DNA from: Gemmatimonadota bacterium
GTDB lineage: Bacteria > Gemmatimonadota > Gemmatimonadetes > Palauibacterales > Palauibacteraceae
Direction of reading: 5' to 3'
Assembly: GCA_046758745.1 (NCBI GenBank)
Contig: JBHIAV010000025.1
Span: 1 to 42,877, forward strand
DNA: 42,877 nucleotides
A program made the translations under genes and the position numbers. The notes under the pieces are model-generated. The model ran no database searches. It was not told where the DNA came from and worked only from the letters and a program-made list of their open reading frames with translations. Below are positions 18,510-27,391 of the stretch, one piece after another (position 1 is the stretch's first letter; every line of letters starts with the position of its first letter).

Positions 18510-20168
18510 ATGAAGGCAGCAGAGCTCTTCGTCCGATGTCTCGAGAACGAAGGGGTGCGCCGCATCTACGGCATCCCCGGTGAAGAGAACCTGGACGTGA
18601 TGGACGCCCTCCTCGACAGCTCCATCCACTTTGTCACCACGCGTCACGAGCAGGGCGCCGCCTTCATGGCGGACGTGCACGGGCGCCTCACGGGAGAGGC
18701 CGGGGTGTGCCTCGCCACGCTCGGCCCGGGTGCGACGAACCTCGTCACCGGCGTGGCGGACGCGAACATGGACCGCGCCCCGGTGGTGGCGATCGCCGGT
18801 CAGGCCGCCACCACGCGCATGCACAAGGAGAGCCATCAGTACCTCGACCTGGTGAGCCTCTTCCGGCCGATCTCGAAGTACAGCACACAGATCCTCGAGC
18901 CAGAGATCGTTTCGGAGGTCGTGCGGAAGGCGTTCAAGGTCGCTCAGGCCGAGAAGCCGGGGTGCAGCTTCATCGACTTTCCTGAGAACATCGCGGAGAT
19001 GCCGGTCGACGGAGGGCCACTCAGAGTGCAGACGGCGATGGCGCCCGACCCGCCCGAGGCCAAGGTGAAGCAGGCGGCCCGGATCATCTCAGACGCCCGC
19101 TACCCGATCATCATGGCTGGGAACGGCGTGATCCGGGCCCGCGCATCCGATTCGCTGGTCGGGTTCGCCGAGGCGCTCGACATCCCGGTCGCGACAACCT
19201 TCATGGCCAAGGGAGCGATCCCCTTCTCGCACGCCCTTTCCCTCGGCACCGTGGGCTTGCAGGCACACGACTTCGTCTCCTGCGGCTTCGACCGGGCCGA
19301 CGTCATCATCTGCGTCGGATACGACATGGTGGAGTATCACCCGGTTCTGTGGCACTCGGAGAGAGACAAGAAGATCGTGCACATCGACTCAAGCCCTGCC
19401 GAGGTCGATCAGAGCTATATCGTCGAGGTCGGCGTGGTGGGGAGCATCGGGGTTTCGCTGGACGCCATCGCCGCACAGGCGACGCCGCGGGAGGGCGCTG
19501 TGGCGGGCGGCCTGCGGGTGGGGACCGTGGCGGGCGGCCTGCGCGAGGTCATCGTGGCGGAGATGGCCGAGCACGCCGAGGATGCCGGCTTTCCGGTCAA
19601 GCCGCAGAAGATTCTCTGGGACCTCCGCCGGGCCCTTGGGCCGGAGGACATCGTGATCAGCGATGTCGGGGCGCACAAGTTGTGGATCGCTCGGATGTAC
19701 CAGGCCGAGCGGCCGAACACCTGCATCATCTCCAACGGCTTCGCCTCGATGGGGATCGCCCTCCCGGGCGCGATCGCGGCCCGCTTGGCGTTCCCGGACC
19801 GGGCGGCGGTGGCGGTGACGGGCGACGCCGGCTTTCTGATGAACTCGCAGGAGATCGAAACGGCGGTGCGACTGGGTGTGCCGATCGTGGTGCTGATCTG
19901 GAGCGACTCGAAGTACGGCCTCATCCAGTGGAAGCAGGAGGTCCAGTTCGGGCGCGAGAGCCACGTCAGCTTCACGAACCCGGATTTCGTGAAATTCGCC
20001 GAGAGCTTCGGCGCGAACGGCTACCGGGTAGAGAGTGCGGGTGAGCTGGCTCCCGTGCTGGAGGAGGCGCTGGCGGACGGAGGCGTGTCGATCATCGATT
20101 GCCCGGTGGACTACGCCGAGAACGTGAAGCTGACAGACAGGCTCGGACAGCTGATATGTGCGATCTGA
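18510..20168 (+). CDS. ThDP-dependent enzyme, acetolactate-synthase-like; closest in style to 2-oxoglutarate decarboxylase (OgdA type)
   Basis: CLENEGV..IYGIPGEENL, RHEQGAAFMADV.GRLTG, RMHKESHQYLDLV, NTCIISNGFASMG, and a ThDP motif GDAGFLMNSQE; no ilvH/ilvC nearby. Confidence 0.85.
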   Translation: MKAAELFVRCLENEGVRRIYGIPGEENLDVMDALLDSSIHFVTTRHEQGAAFMADVHGRLTGEAGVCLATLGPGATNLVTGVADANMDRAPVVAIAGQAATTRMHKESHQYLDLVSLFRPISKYSTQILEPEIVSEVVRKAFKVAQAEKPGCSFIDFPENIAEMPVDGGPLRVQTAMAPDPPEAKVKQAARIISDARYPIIMAGNGVIRARASDSLVGFAEALDIPVATTFMAKGAIPFSHALSLGTVGLQAHDFVSCGFDRADVIICVGYDMVEYHPVLWHSERDKKIVHIDSSPAEVDQSYIVEVGVVGSIGVSLDAIAAQATPREGAVAGGLRVGTVAGGLREVIVAEMAEHAEDAGFPVKPQKILWDLRRALGPEDIVISDVGAHKLWIARMYQAERPNTCIISNGFASMGIALPGAIAARLAFPDRAAVAVTGDAGFLMNSQEIETAVRLGVPIVVLIWSDSKYGLIQWKQEVQFGRESHVSFTNPDFVKFAESFGANGYRVESAGELAPVLEEALADGGVSIIDCPVDYAENVKLTDRLGQLICAI

Positions 20169-20343
20169 CCTTCGGCCGACGAGATGGTCTGCGCGGCCCA
20201 CCGGCACTTCACGGGGGACCGCACCCGGCCGGAGGAAGGCCCGCCGCCGCGCACTCCCGCGGCTTCAGGTCCGCCGGTGTCGGCGGGACTCACCGCCGAA
20301 GTCCGAACGACGTCTGTCTCCGGGCGCCCCGAGAAGGCCGGCC

Positions 20344-21798
20344 ATGAAAGCGATGACGAACGAACGCTATCCGCTGATGATCCCCGGCGCCGGGCCGGGA
20401 CCTCACCCACTTGAGGTCAATGCGCCGTTCGACGGGGCGCCGATCGCGACGGTGGAGACGGCCGACCTCGCGGCGGTGGACCGGGCGCTCGGCACCGCCG
20501 AGGCGCTCTACCGAGACCGCGACGCGTGGCTGAAGCCGCACGAGCGGATCGCCATCCTGGAGACGACCTCGAGGATCATGGAGGAGCGCGCGGAGGAGCT
20601 CGCCGCCGGAGCTGCGCAGGAGGGCGGGAAGCCGCTCCTCGACTCCCGGGTCGAGGTCGGACGAGCCATCGAGGGGGTCAAGCTGTGCATCGACGCCCTC
20701 CGCACGGGGGCGGGGACGGAGATCCCGATGGGCATGAACCCGGCGTCCATCGGGCGGCTGGCCTTCACCCGCAGGGAGCCGATCGGCGTGATCTTGGCCT
20801 TCAGCGCCTTCAATCACCCGCTGAACCTCATCGTGCACCAGGTGGGGCCCGCCGTAGCGGCCGGTTGCCCGGTGATCGTGAAGCCGGCCGAGGCCACGCC
20901 CCTCTCCTGCTTCCGTTTCGTGGAGATCCTTCGCGAGGCCGGTCTCCCCGAGGAGTGGTGTCAGGCGTTTGCGGTAGCCGACCTCGAGGTGGCCGGCGCG
21001 CTGGTCACCGACCCGCGCGTCGCCTTCTTCACCTTCATCGGGAGCGCCAGGGTCGGGTGGATGCTGCGCTCGCGCCTCGCCCCCGGAACGCGCTGCGCGC
21101 TGGAGCACGGCGGGGCGGCGCCGGTGATCGTGGCGGCGGACGCCGACGTGGAGGACGCCTTGCCCCGCCTCGCCAAGGGAGGGCTCTACCACGCCGGCCA
21201 GGTGTGCGTGTCGGTGCAGCGGGTGTTCGCCCAGGAGTCGATCGCGCGGGATGTCGCACAGCGGCTCGCCGGGCTCGCCGCGGCGATGAGCGTAGGAGAT
21301 CCGACGACAGAGGAGACCGAGGTCGGGCCGCTCATCCGACCCAGCGAGGTGGAGCGGGTCGGTGAGTGGGTGGAGGAGGCTGCATCGGGCGGAGGGGAGC
21401 TGCTCACCGGAGGCGAGCGCATCTCCGACTCCTGCTATCGACCCACTGTGCTATACGATCCGCCGGCCGACGCCAGGGTGAGCACGCTCGAGATCTTCGG
21501 CCCGGTGATCTGCGTCTACCCGTACCGGGAGCTCGACGAGGCCGTCGAGCGGGCCAACGCCCTCCCCTACGCCTTCCAGGCCGCGGTCTTCACCCGGGAC
21601 ATCGATGCGGCGGTTCGCGCCGCCGAGCGACTCGACGCGGCCGCCGTCATCATCAACGATCACACCGCATTCCGCGTCGACTGGATGCCGTTCGCCGGGC
21701 TCAAGCAGTCGGGGCTGGGCGTGGGCGGGATTCCGTACACGCTGCGGGACATGCAGGTCGAGAAGCTTTGGGTGCTCCGGTCGAGGGCGCTCGGATGA
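20344..21798 (+). CDS. NAD(P)-dependent aldehyde dehydrogenase (resembles the uncharacterised RL0313-type subfamily)
   Basis: EPIGV..SAFNHPLN, KPA, FTFIGSA, LEHGG, catalytic GQVCVS, EIFGPV, MPFAGLKQSG; ATG at 20344 or 20353. Confidence 0.92.
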   Translation: MKAMTNERYPLMIPGAGPGPHPLEVNAPFDGAPIATVETADLAAVDRALGTAEALYRDRDAWLKPHERIAILETTSRIMEERAEELAAGAAQEGGKPLLDSRVEVGRAIEGVKLCIDALRTGAGTEIPMGMNPASIGRLAFTRREPIGVILAFSAFNHPLNLIVHQVGPAVAAGCPVIVKPAEATPLSCFRFVEILREAGLPEEWCQAFAVADLEVAGALVTDPRVAFFTFIGSARVGWMLRSRLAPGTRCALEHGGAAPVIVAADADVEDALPRLAKGGLYHAGQVCVSVQRVFAQESIARDVAQRLAGLAAAMSVGDPTTEETEVGPLIRPSEVERVGEWVEEAASGGGELLTGGERISDSCYRPTVLYDPPADARVSTLEIFGPVICVYPYRELDEAVERANALPYAFQAAVFTRDIDAAVRAAERLDAAAVIINDHTAFRVDWMPFAGLKQSGLGVGGIPYTLRDMQVEKLWVLRSRALG

Positions 21799-21839
21799 GA
21801 GAGTCCGGACGGCCGCTCTCCTCCTGATCGGGGGCGGGA

Positions 21840-23240
21840 TTGGCGCCTACCGCGAAAGGCGAACGGCACAGCGTGGCCGACCAGCTCGTGTGGGAGGAGC
21901 TCCCCAGGCTGGCCGAGCCCGTCTACCGGATCGACGAGCGGCCGCCGACGCGATGGGAGACCCTGCTGTACGGCTGGCAACACACGCTGGTCGACATCTC
22001 GCCGTTCGTCCTCCCCCTCGCGGTGGCGGCAGCGATTGGAATGTCCCCGTCCGAGGAGGCCCGCTTCATCAACTTCTGCCTCTTCGCGATGGGCATCGCG
22101 ACCCTTCTCCAGACGACGATCGGGAACCGTCTCCCGATCATTCAGGGACCGTCGGCCACGCTCACCGGGACACTGGCGCCCATCGCCTCGCAGCTCGGTC
22201 CGGCGGCGATGTGGGGCGGGGCGTTCCTCGGCGGCCTCTTCGAGATGGTGGTGGGGGCCTCCCGCATCCTCGCCGCTCTCCGAAAACTCTTCCCCCCGGC
22301 CGTGGCCGGGGTCGTCGTGCTCACCATCGCCGTGGCGCTCGGGAGCTTCGCCATCCGCCTCGCGGTCGGCGACGGCAGCGCCCTCAACTTCGTTCTTGCG
22401 GCGGCCGTCATCGGGCTTATCGCCCTTCTCCAGGTGCGCCTGCGGAGCCTCGCCGGCGGCCTCCTCTCCCGGGCTGCCATCTTCATCTCCATCTGGGCCG
22501 TCGGGCTCGGGATCGGCGGGCCGTTGGGACGGGTGGACTGGTCGCTCGTAGCGGAGAAGGCGTGGCTCGCCTTTCCCCATCTCTTCCCGTACGGCGGACC
22601 GGGCTTCGGGTGGGAGTTCCCCGCCGCCGCGGTGCTCGGCGTTCTGGCCGGCTACTTCGGCTCCATGGTCGAGTCTCTCGGGGACTACGCGGCGACCTGC
22701 GCGGTGGCGGACGAGCGGTACACGGTGCGCCACATGAACCGAGGCATCTTCGCCGAGGGGCTCGGAAGCGCCTTGGCCACCGTCTTCGGCGGCCTCCCCT
22801 GCACGAGCTACACGCAGAACATCGGGATCATCGCGGCGACCCGGGTGGCAAGCCGACTCGTCGTCCAGGTCGCCGGAGCCATCCTGCTCCTGTACGGCCT
22901 GAGCCCGAAGTTCGGCGCCCTTCTGGTGGCGATGCCGCGCGCGGTGCTCGGCGGGGTGTTCGTGGTCGTGTGCGGCATGATCGCGGTGTCGGGGATCCGG
23001 TTGCTCGGTACGGCGGCCGACACGGCTGCCAACCACCTCGTGGCGGGAGTGACGCTCATCCTGTCGATCGGCCTTCCCGTCTACGTCCGCTTCGGACTCG
23101 GGGAGGCGTGGCTCACCGAAATACCCACGCTGGGCCGGCTCGTCCTGACCAACCCGGTCGTGCTGGCCGTGCTGCTGGGAGTCGGCCTGCAACTCACTCT
23201 GAACCTCATCCTCGAAGAGAGCGCGACCGAGCGATCATAG
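21840..23240 (+). CDS. NCS2/NAT nucleobase permease (xanthine/uracil family)
   Basis: GWQH, TLLQT..G.RLPIIQGPS, ESLGD, NAT signature QNIGIIAATR; many TM segments; start uncertain. Confidence 0.92.
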   Translation: MAPTAKGERHSVADQLVWEELPRLAEPVYRIDERPPTRWETLLYGWQHTLVDISPFVLPLAVAAAIGMSPSEEARFINFCLFAMGIATLLQTTIGNRLPIIQGPSATLTGTLAPIASQLGPAAMWGGAFLGGLFEMVVGASRILAALRKLFPPAVAGVVVLTIAVALGSFAIRLAVGDGSALNFVLAAAVIGLIALLQVRLRSLAGGLLSRAAIFISIWAVGLGIGGPLGRVDWSLVAEKAWLAFPHLFPYGGPGFGWEFPAAAVLGVLAGYFGSMVESLGDYAATCAVADERYTVRHMNRGIFAEGLGSALATVFGGLPCTSYTQNIGIIAATRVASRLVVQVAGAILLLYGLSPKFGALLVAMPRAVLGGVFVVVCGMIAVSGIRLLGTAADTAANHLVAGVTLILSIGLPVYVRFGLGEAWLTEIPTLGRLVLTNPVVLAVLLGVGLQLTLNLILEESATERS

Positions 23241-23251
23241 AGCGCGAGCCT

Positions 23252-23417
23252 CGCCGCCTTGGCGGGCTCATCAAGCGTCGTGCCGGGCTAACGACGTTCC
23301 TTCGGGGACTCCTCACGCGCCTCGGCGGGCACACCACGCTCTCGCGGCCTCACCACGTACCTTGGCAGGCCCATCCGCACCTGGGCGGGCCGATCCCCGG
23401 GCGCCGCAGGCTCACTC
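23252..23417. repeat. Degenerate ~21-bp tandem repeat, about 8 units
   Basis: Units such as CGCCGCCTTGGCGGGCTCATC, ACGCGCCTCGGCGGGCACACC, ACGTACCTTGGCAGGCCCATC and CGCACCTGGGCGGGCCGATC fill the spacer between the convergent NCS2 and amidase genes. Confidence 0.6.
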
Positions 23418-24839
23418 CGGGTCTTCGAGCGACGGCACCCGAGGGAGTCCGATCGGAAGAGCCTCCTCGATGAGCGCGGCGAGGGCGAGGACGGACTCCT
23501 CGCCGAGGGGCGGCCCCACGATCTGGAGACCCACCGGCAAGCCGGCCGAATCCACGCCGCACGGGACCGAGGCGACAGGAAGGCCAGCCAGGCTCAGCAC
23601 GAAGGTCGGGGCGATCCACTCCACGTAGCTCTCCATCCGCCGGCCGGCGATCGTCTCCGGATAGTTCTGCTCGACCGGAAACGGCGAGATGGCCATGCAG
23701 GGCGTGAGCACCGCATCGAACTCTTGGAAGAGATCGCGGAACATCCCCCATATGCGGCCCCGGGCCCGCTCGGCGCTGCCGAGCTGCTCGGCCGTCACCT
23801 CGAGCCCGGCCAGCACGTTGGCTCGAACGTTCACGCCGAGCCGGTCGAGGCGGTCGAGACGGGCGTGCTGGTGGATGACCATCCACACCCCGCGCAGGGC
23901 GAGGAACGCCTCGCGCCCGAACGAGAGGTCGAGCTCGATCTCCTCCACCCGAGCGCCGTTGTTCTCGCACTCCACCGCCGCATCGCGGCACACGAGCTGG
24001 ATCGCCGGGTCCACGCCTATTCCGGCCACATCGGGAGCATAGGCCAGCCGCTTGCCGCTCCATGTGGCGCTTCGCACTGCACCGAGGAAGTCGCGGCCCT
24101 CGACCGGCTGGCAGAGCGGCGAAACGGGGCTCGGTCCGCTGATCGCCTGCAGCATCAGCGCCGCGTCCTCGGCCGTTCTCGCCAGCGGCCCCGTGACCTC
24201 CAGGTCGTCCCACACCCAGGCCGTCGGATGGGTGGGGACGAGTCCGGGGGCCGGGCGCAGCCCGACGACCCCGCAGAAGGAGGCGGGGATGCGAAGGGAG
24301 CCGCCGAGATCGGTCCCCTCGGCGAGCGCGATCATGCCGGCCGCGAGCGCTGCCGCTCCGCCCCCGCTCGAACCGCCGGCGCTGAGCGCCGGATCCCACG
24401 GGTTGCGGGTCGGACCGAACACCTCATTCCACGTGTGACCACCGGCCGCGAACTCCGGGGTGTTCGTCTTCCCGAGCACGATCGCGCCGGCCGCGCGCAG
24501 CCGGCGCACGACCAGGGCGTCCTCCTCGGGGACGTAGTCGGCGTACAGAGGGGAGCCGTAGGTGGTGCGCAGGCCGGCCACCGGGGTGACATCCTTGATC
24601 CCGACCGGCAGCCCGCACAGGAGGCCCGCCCCTTCCCCTGCGCACAGCCGCCGTTCCACCTCGCGTGCTTCCTGGATCGCGCGATCGGAGACTGTCGGAA
24701 CCGCGTTCAGGATGCCGTCGTAACGGGCGATTCGATCGAGGCACGCCTCGACGAGCTCCACCGGCGAGAGCGCGCGGCGGGCGATTCGGTCCCGCAGCTC
24801 CGTGGCCGGGAGCAGGGCGACGTCGGACGAGGCGCTCAC
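23412..24839 (-). CDS. Amidase signature family enzyme
   Basis: GLPVGIKD (Lys), GKTNTPEF, GGSSGG (cis-Ser), GTDLGGSLRIPA (nucleophile Ser), GLPVGLQ. Confidence 0.95.
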   Translation of the reverse strand: MSASSDVALLPATELRDRIARRALSPVELVEACLDRIARYDGILNAVPTVSDRAIQEAREVERRLCAGEGAGLLCGLPVGIKDVTPVAGLRTTYGSPLYADYVPEEDALVVRRLRAAGAIVLGKTNTPEFAAGGHTWNEVFGPTRNPWDPALSAGGSSGGGAAALAAGMIALAEGTDLGGSLRIPASFCGVVGLRPAPGLVPTHPTAWVWDDLEVTGPLARTAEDAALMLQAISGPSPVSPLCQPVEGRDFLGAVRSATWSGKRLAYAPDVAGIGVDPAIQLVCRDAAVECENNGARVEEIELDLSFGREAFLALRGVWMVIHQHARLDRLDRLGVNVRANVLAGLEVTAEQLGSAERARGRIWGMFRDLFQEFDAVLTPCMAISPFPVEQNYPETIAGRRMESYVEWIAPTFVLSLAGLPVASVPCGVDSAGLPVGLQIVGPPLGEESVLALAALIEEALPIGLPRVPSLEDPE

Positions 24840-24883
24840 TCGATGAGCTCGACGTCGGCGGACCGCGTCGCTCCCACGCTACG

Positions 24884-25678
24884 TCAGACCTCCAAGAAGG
24901 CGACGACCCGTGCGAAGGCTGCCTCTCCGCCTTTGAACTTCCACGGGAAGCAGCCGATCGTCAGCCGCCGGTTCTGCAGCTCCGTCGCCGCGATATCGCC
25001 CCCCAAGTTCTCTATGTGCATGCAGTTGTGAGGAAAGAGCGCGTTATGGGTCAGCTGGTAATGGTCCTCCGGGAAGATCTCGGCCACCTTCTCCGGCCCT
25101 CCGAACTTCTTCTCCGCGACGCGGCGCACTTTCTCGCACTGCCCGTGGGTTCCCTTTCCGAGGAAGCGACCGATCGGGAGGTTCATCGGGTGGTCGGTGG
25201 AGATCGCGTCCACCCCCCAGATCTTGATCTCCTTCTCAAGCAGCCAGGCCACCATGTCGGGATGCGCGCCCGGATGGAGGTGAATGTAGCGCTCCTCGTT
25301 CGGTTCCTCACCGAACTGTCCGTAGCGGTGCCAGCCTGTGTGCAGGATGACGATGTCGCCCTTCCTCACCTCGACCCTGCTCTCGATCATCTCGGGCGTG
25401 TACGCGCCGAGGTCCCCGAGCTCCTCCGCGAGGTTCACGATCACCCCCGGACCGTACAGCCACTCCAGCGGGATCTCGTCGATCGTCATCCCGCCGGTGA
25501 CGAAGTGGCGCGGCGCGTCGAGGTGCGTGCCCATATGGTTCGAGGTCTGGATATACTGGGCGTTCACGCCGTGCTCGGCCTTCCGCTTGATGTACTTGAC
25601 CTCGAACGGCGGATAGTACGGCCAGAAAGGCGCGTCCTGATTCAGCGGCTGGGACAGATCGTACAGCTTCATCTTCAT
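24884..25678 (-). CDS. Cyclase-family metal-dependent hydrolase (kynurenine formamidase / isatin hydrolase fold)
   Basis: YDLSQPL, HMGTHLDAPRH (HxGTHxDxPxH), GVDAISTD, HIENLGG, C-terminal GGEAAFARVVA. Confidence 0.93.
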   Translation of the reverse strand: MKMKLYDLSQPLNQDAPFWPYYPPFEVKYIKRKAEHGVNAQYIQTSNHMGTHLDAPRHFVTGGMTIDEIPLEWLYGPGVIVNLAEELGDLGAYTPEMIESRVEVRKGDIVILHTGWHRYGQFGEEPNEERYIHLHPGAHPDMVAWLLEKEIKIWGVDAISTDHPMNLPIGRFLGKGTHGQCEKVRRVAEKKFGGPEKVAEIFPEDHYQLTHNALFPHNCMHIENLGGDIAATELQNRRLTIGCFPWKFKGGEAAFARVVAFLEV

Positions 25679-25856
25679 CTCCCGTGTGTGGTCGGGCCGG
25701 GGCCGTCTCGGCGGTCGGGCCGTGGCCGTCCGAGCGGTCAGGCCGGGGCCGTCCGGTGGTCGGGATGTGGCCGGCCCGCGGCCGGAGGCGGGGCCGTCGC
25801 CCGCGAGGACGGTGAGCGGCTCGCCCCTCGGCTCATGGGCCCGGGCGCCGCACGGC

Positions 25857-27371
25857 TCAAGCGAAGAGCCGCTTCACCTCCGGCTTGGTCACCTTCCCCA
25901 TCGGGTTCCGCGGAAGGTCGGCCAGGACGAGGAGCCGGCTCGGGACCTTGTAGACGGCCAGCCGCATCTTCGCCCACGCGCGGAGCTCCGGCAGCTCCAG
26001 CGTGCCCCCCGGGCGAAGGACCGCGGCAACGCACACCCGCTCCCCCCACTCCGGGTCGGACACCCCGACCACGGCGCAATCGGCGATCTCCGGGTGCGTC
26101 CGAAGGACGCTTTCCACCTCGAGCGCCGAGACCTTGTAGCCGCCGCTCTTGATGATGTCCACCGAGGTGCGGCCGAGGATGCGGTAGTAACCGCCTTCGA
26201 CGACAGCCTCATCGCCCGTACGGAACCAGCCATCGTGGAAGGACTCACGCGTCGCTTCGGGCCGGCCCCAGTACTCGCGAAACACCATAGGGCCGCGGAC
26301 TTCGATGGTGCCGGGCACTCCCTCCGCGTGGACCGGTCGGCCGGCGTCGTCTACCAGCCGAACCTCCACGCCGGGAAGCGGCGTTCCCACGAAGCCCGGG
26401 CGGCGCTCGCCGCGCAGCGGATTGGAGAGGGCCATCCCGATCTCCGTCATGCCGTACCGCTCGAGCAGGGCGTGTCCGCTGATCGCGCGCCAACGCTCGA
26501 ACACATCCGCCGGGAGGGCCGCCGAGCCGGAGACCATGAGACGAACGCCGCGACACGCCTCGGACCGCTTCCTCCTCTCCTCCGCGGGCGCCGCCTCCCA
26601 TGCCGCGATCAGTCGCAGATAGATCGTGGGCACGGCCATGAAGAGCGTGATGCCCCCGCGGCCGAGCCGCTCCCACACTCGCTCTGCATCGAACTCCGCC
26701 AACATCTCGCACGTCGCGCCCGCCCACAAGGCGCACAGCAGCGCGTTCACGATCCCGTGCGTGTGGTGCAGCGGCAGCACGTGAAGGATGCGGTCCTCCG
26801 GGCTCCACTCCCATGCCTCGACGAGGGTTCGGATCTGGGCGGCGAGGCCGGCGTGCGTGGTGACGACTCCCTTCGGGAGGCTGGTCGTGCCGCTCGTGTA
26901 CAGGATCATCGCGCAGCGCTCGGTTCGTACGCAGGGGAGCACCGCCGCTTCGGTGCCGAGAAGCTGCTCCGTTCGGAGGCACCGGAGGTCGTCCCTTCCG
27001 CAGAGGGGCGTCAGCTCCCTCTCGAAGAGGGGATGAACGATCAGGGCTTCGGCCCCGGCGTCACGGAGGACGTGCTCGATCTCGGGAAGCGGGTGGGAGA
27101 CGCAGAGAGGTACCGCGATCCCTCCCGCCCGCCAGATTCCCCACTGGACAGCTGCGTACTCGAAGCCGGAAGGCACCAGCAAGGCGACCCGCGCGCCGGC
27201 CAGGTCGGAGCGAGGGCCGAGCGCTTGGGAGCCGGGGCGCTCCCGGCCGAGAAGGCCGGAGGCGACGCGAGCCGACGCCGCCAGGAGCTCGTCGTAGGTG
27301 TGCTCTCCTTGCCCGTCCGCGATCGCGATCCGGCCGGCGTGGGGAAGGGCCTGTTCCACGATCGGTAGCAT
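25857..27371 (-). CDS. Acyl-CoA synthetase, malonyl/methylmalonyl-CoA synthetase-like (MatB/ACSF3 type)
   Basis: YTSGTTSLPKG, LPLHHTHG, LLERYGMTEIGMALSNPL.GERRPG.VG.PLPGV, GRTSVDIIKSGGYKVSALE, PRNPMGKV. Confidence 0.88.
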   Translation of the reverse strand: MLPIVEQALPHAGRIAIADGQGEHTYDELLAASARVASGLLGRERPGSQALGPRSDLAGARVALLVPSGFEYAAVQWGIWRAGGIAVPLCVSHPLPEIEHVLRDAGAEALIVHPLFERELTPLCGRDDLRCLRTEQLLGTEAAVLPCVRTERCAMILYTSGTTSLPKGVVTTHAGLAAQIRTLVEAWEWSPEDRILHVLPLHHTHGIVNALLCALWAGATCEMLAEFDAERVWERLGRGGITLFMAVPTIYLRLIAAWEAAPAEERRKRSEACRGVRLMVSGSAALPADVFERWRAISGHALLERYGMTEIGMALSNPLRGERRPGFVGTPLPGVEVRLVDDAGRPVHAEGVPGTIEVRGPMVFREYWGRPEATRESFHDGWFRTGDEAVVEGGYYRILGRTSVDIIKSGGYKVSALEVESVLRTHPEIADCAVVGVSDPEWGERVCVAAVLRPGGTLELPELRAWAKMRLAVYKVPSRLLVLADLPRNPMGKVTKPEVKRLFA

Positions 27372-27391
27372 ACTGACCAGTATTACCGTGA

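Noticed and set aside
18510-20168. Biosynthetic acetolactate synthase ilvB/ilvI
   Set aside because: No regulatory subunit or ilvC adjacent; it is paired with an ALDH, and its motifs fit the OgdA-like subfamily better.
27370-27383. LexA SOS box
   Set aside because: The TACTG and CAGTA half-sites are separated by 2 nt rather than the 10 nt of the CTG-N10-CAG box.
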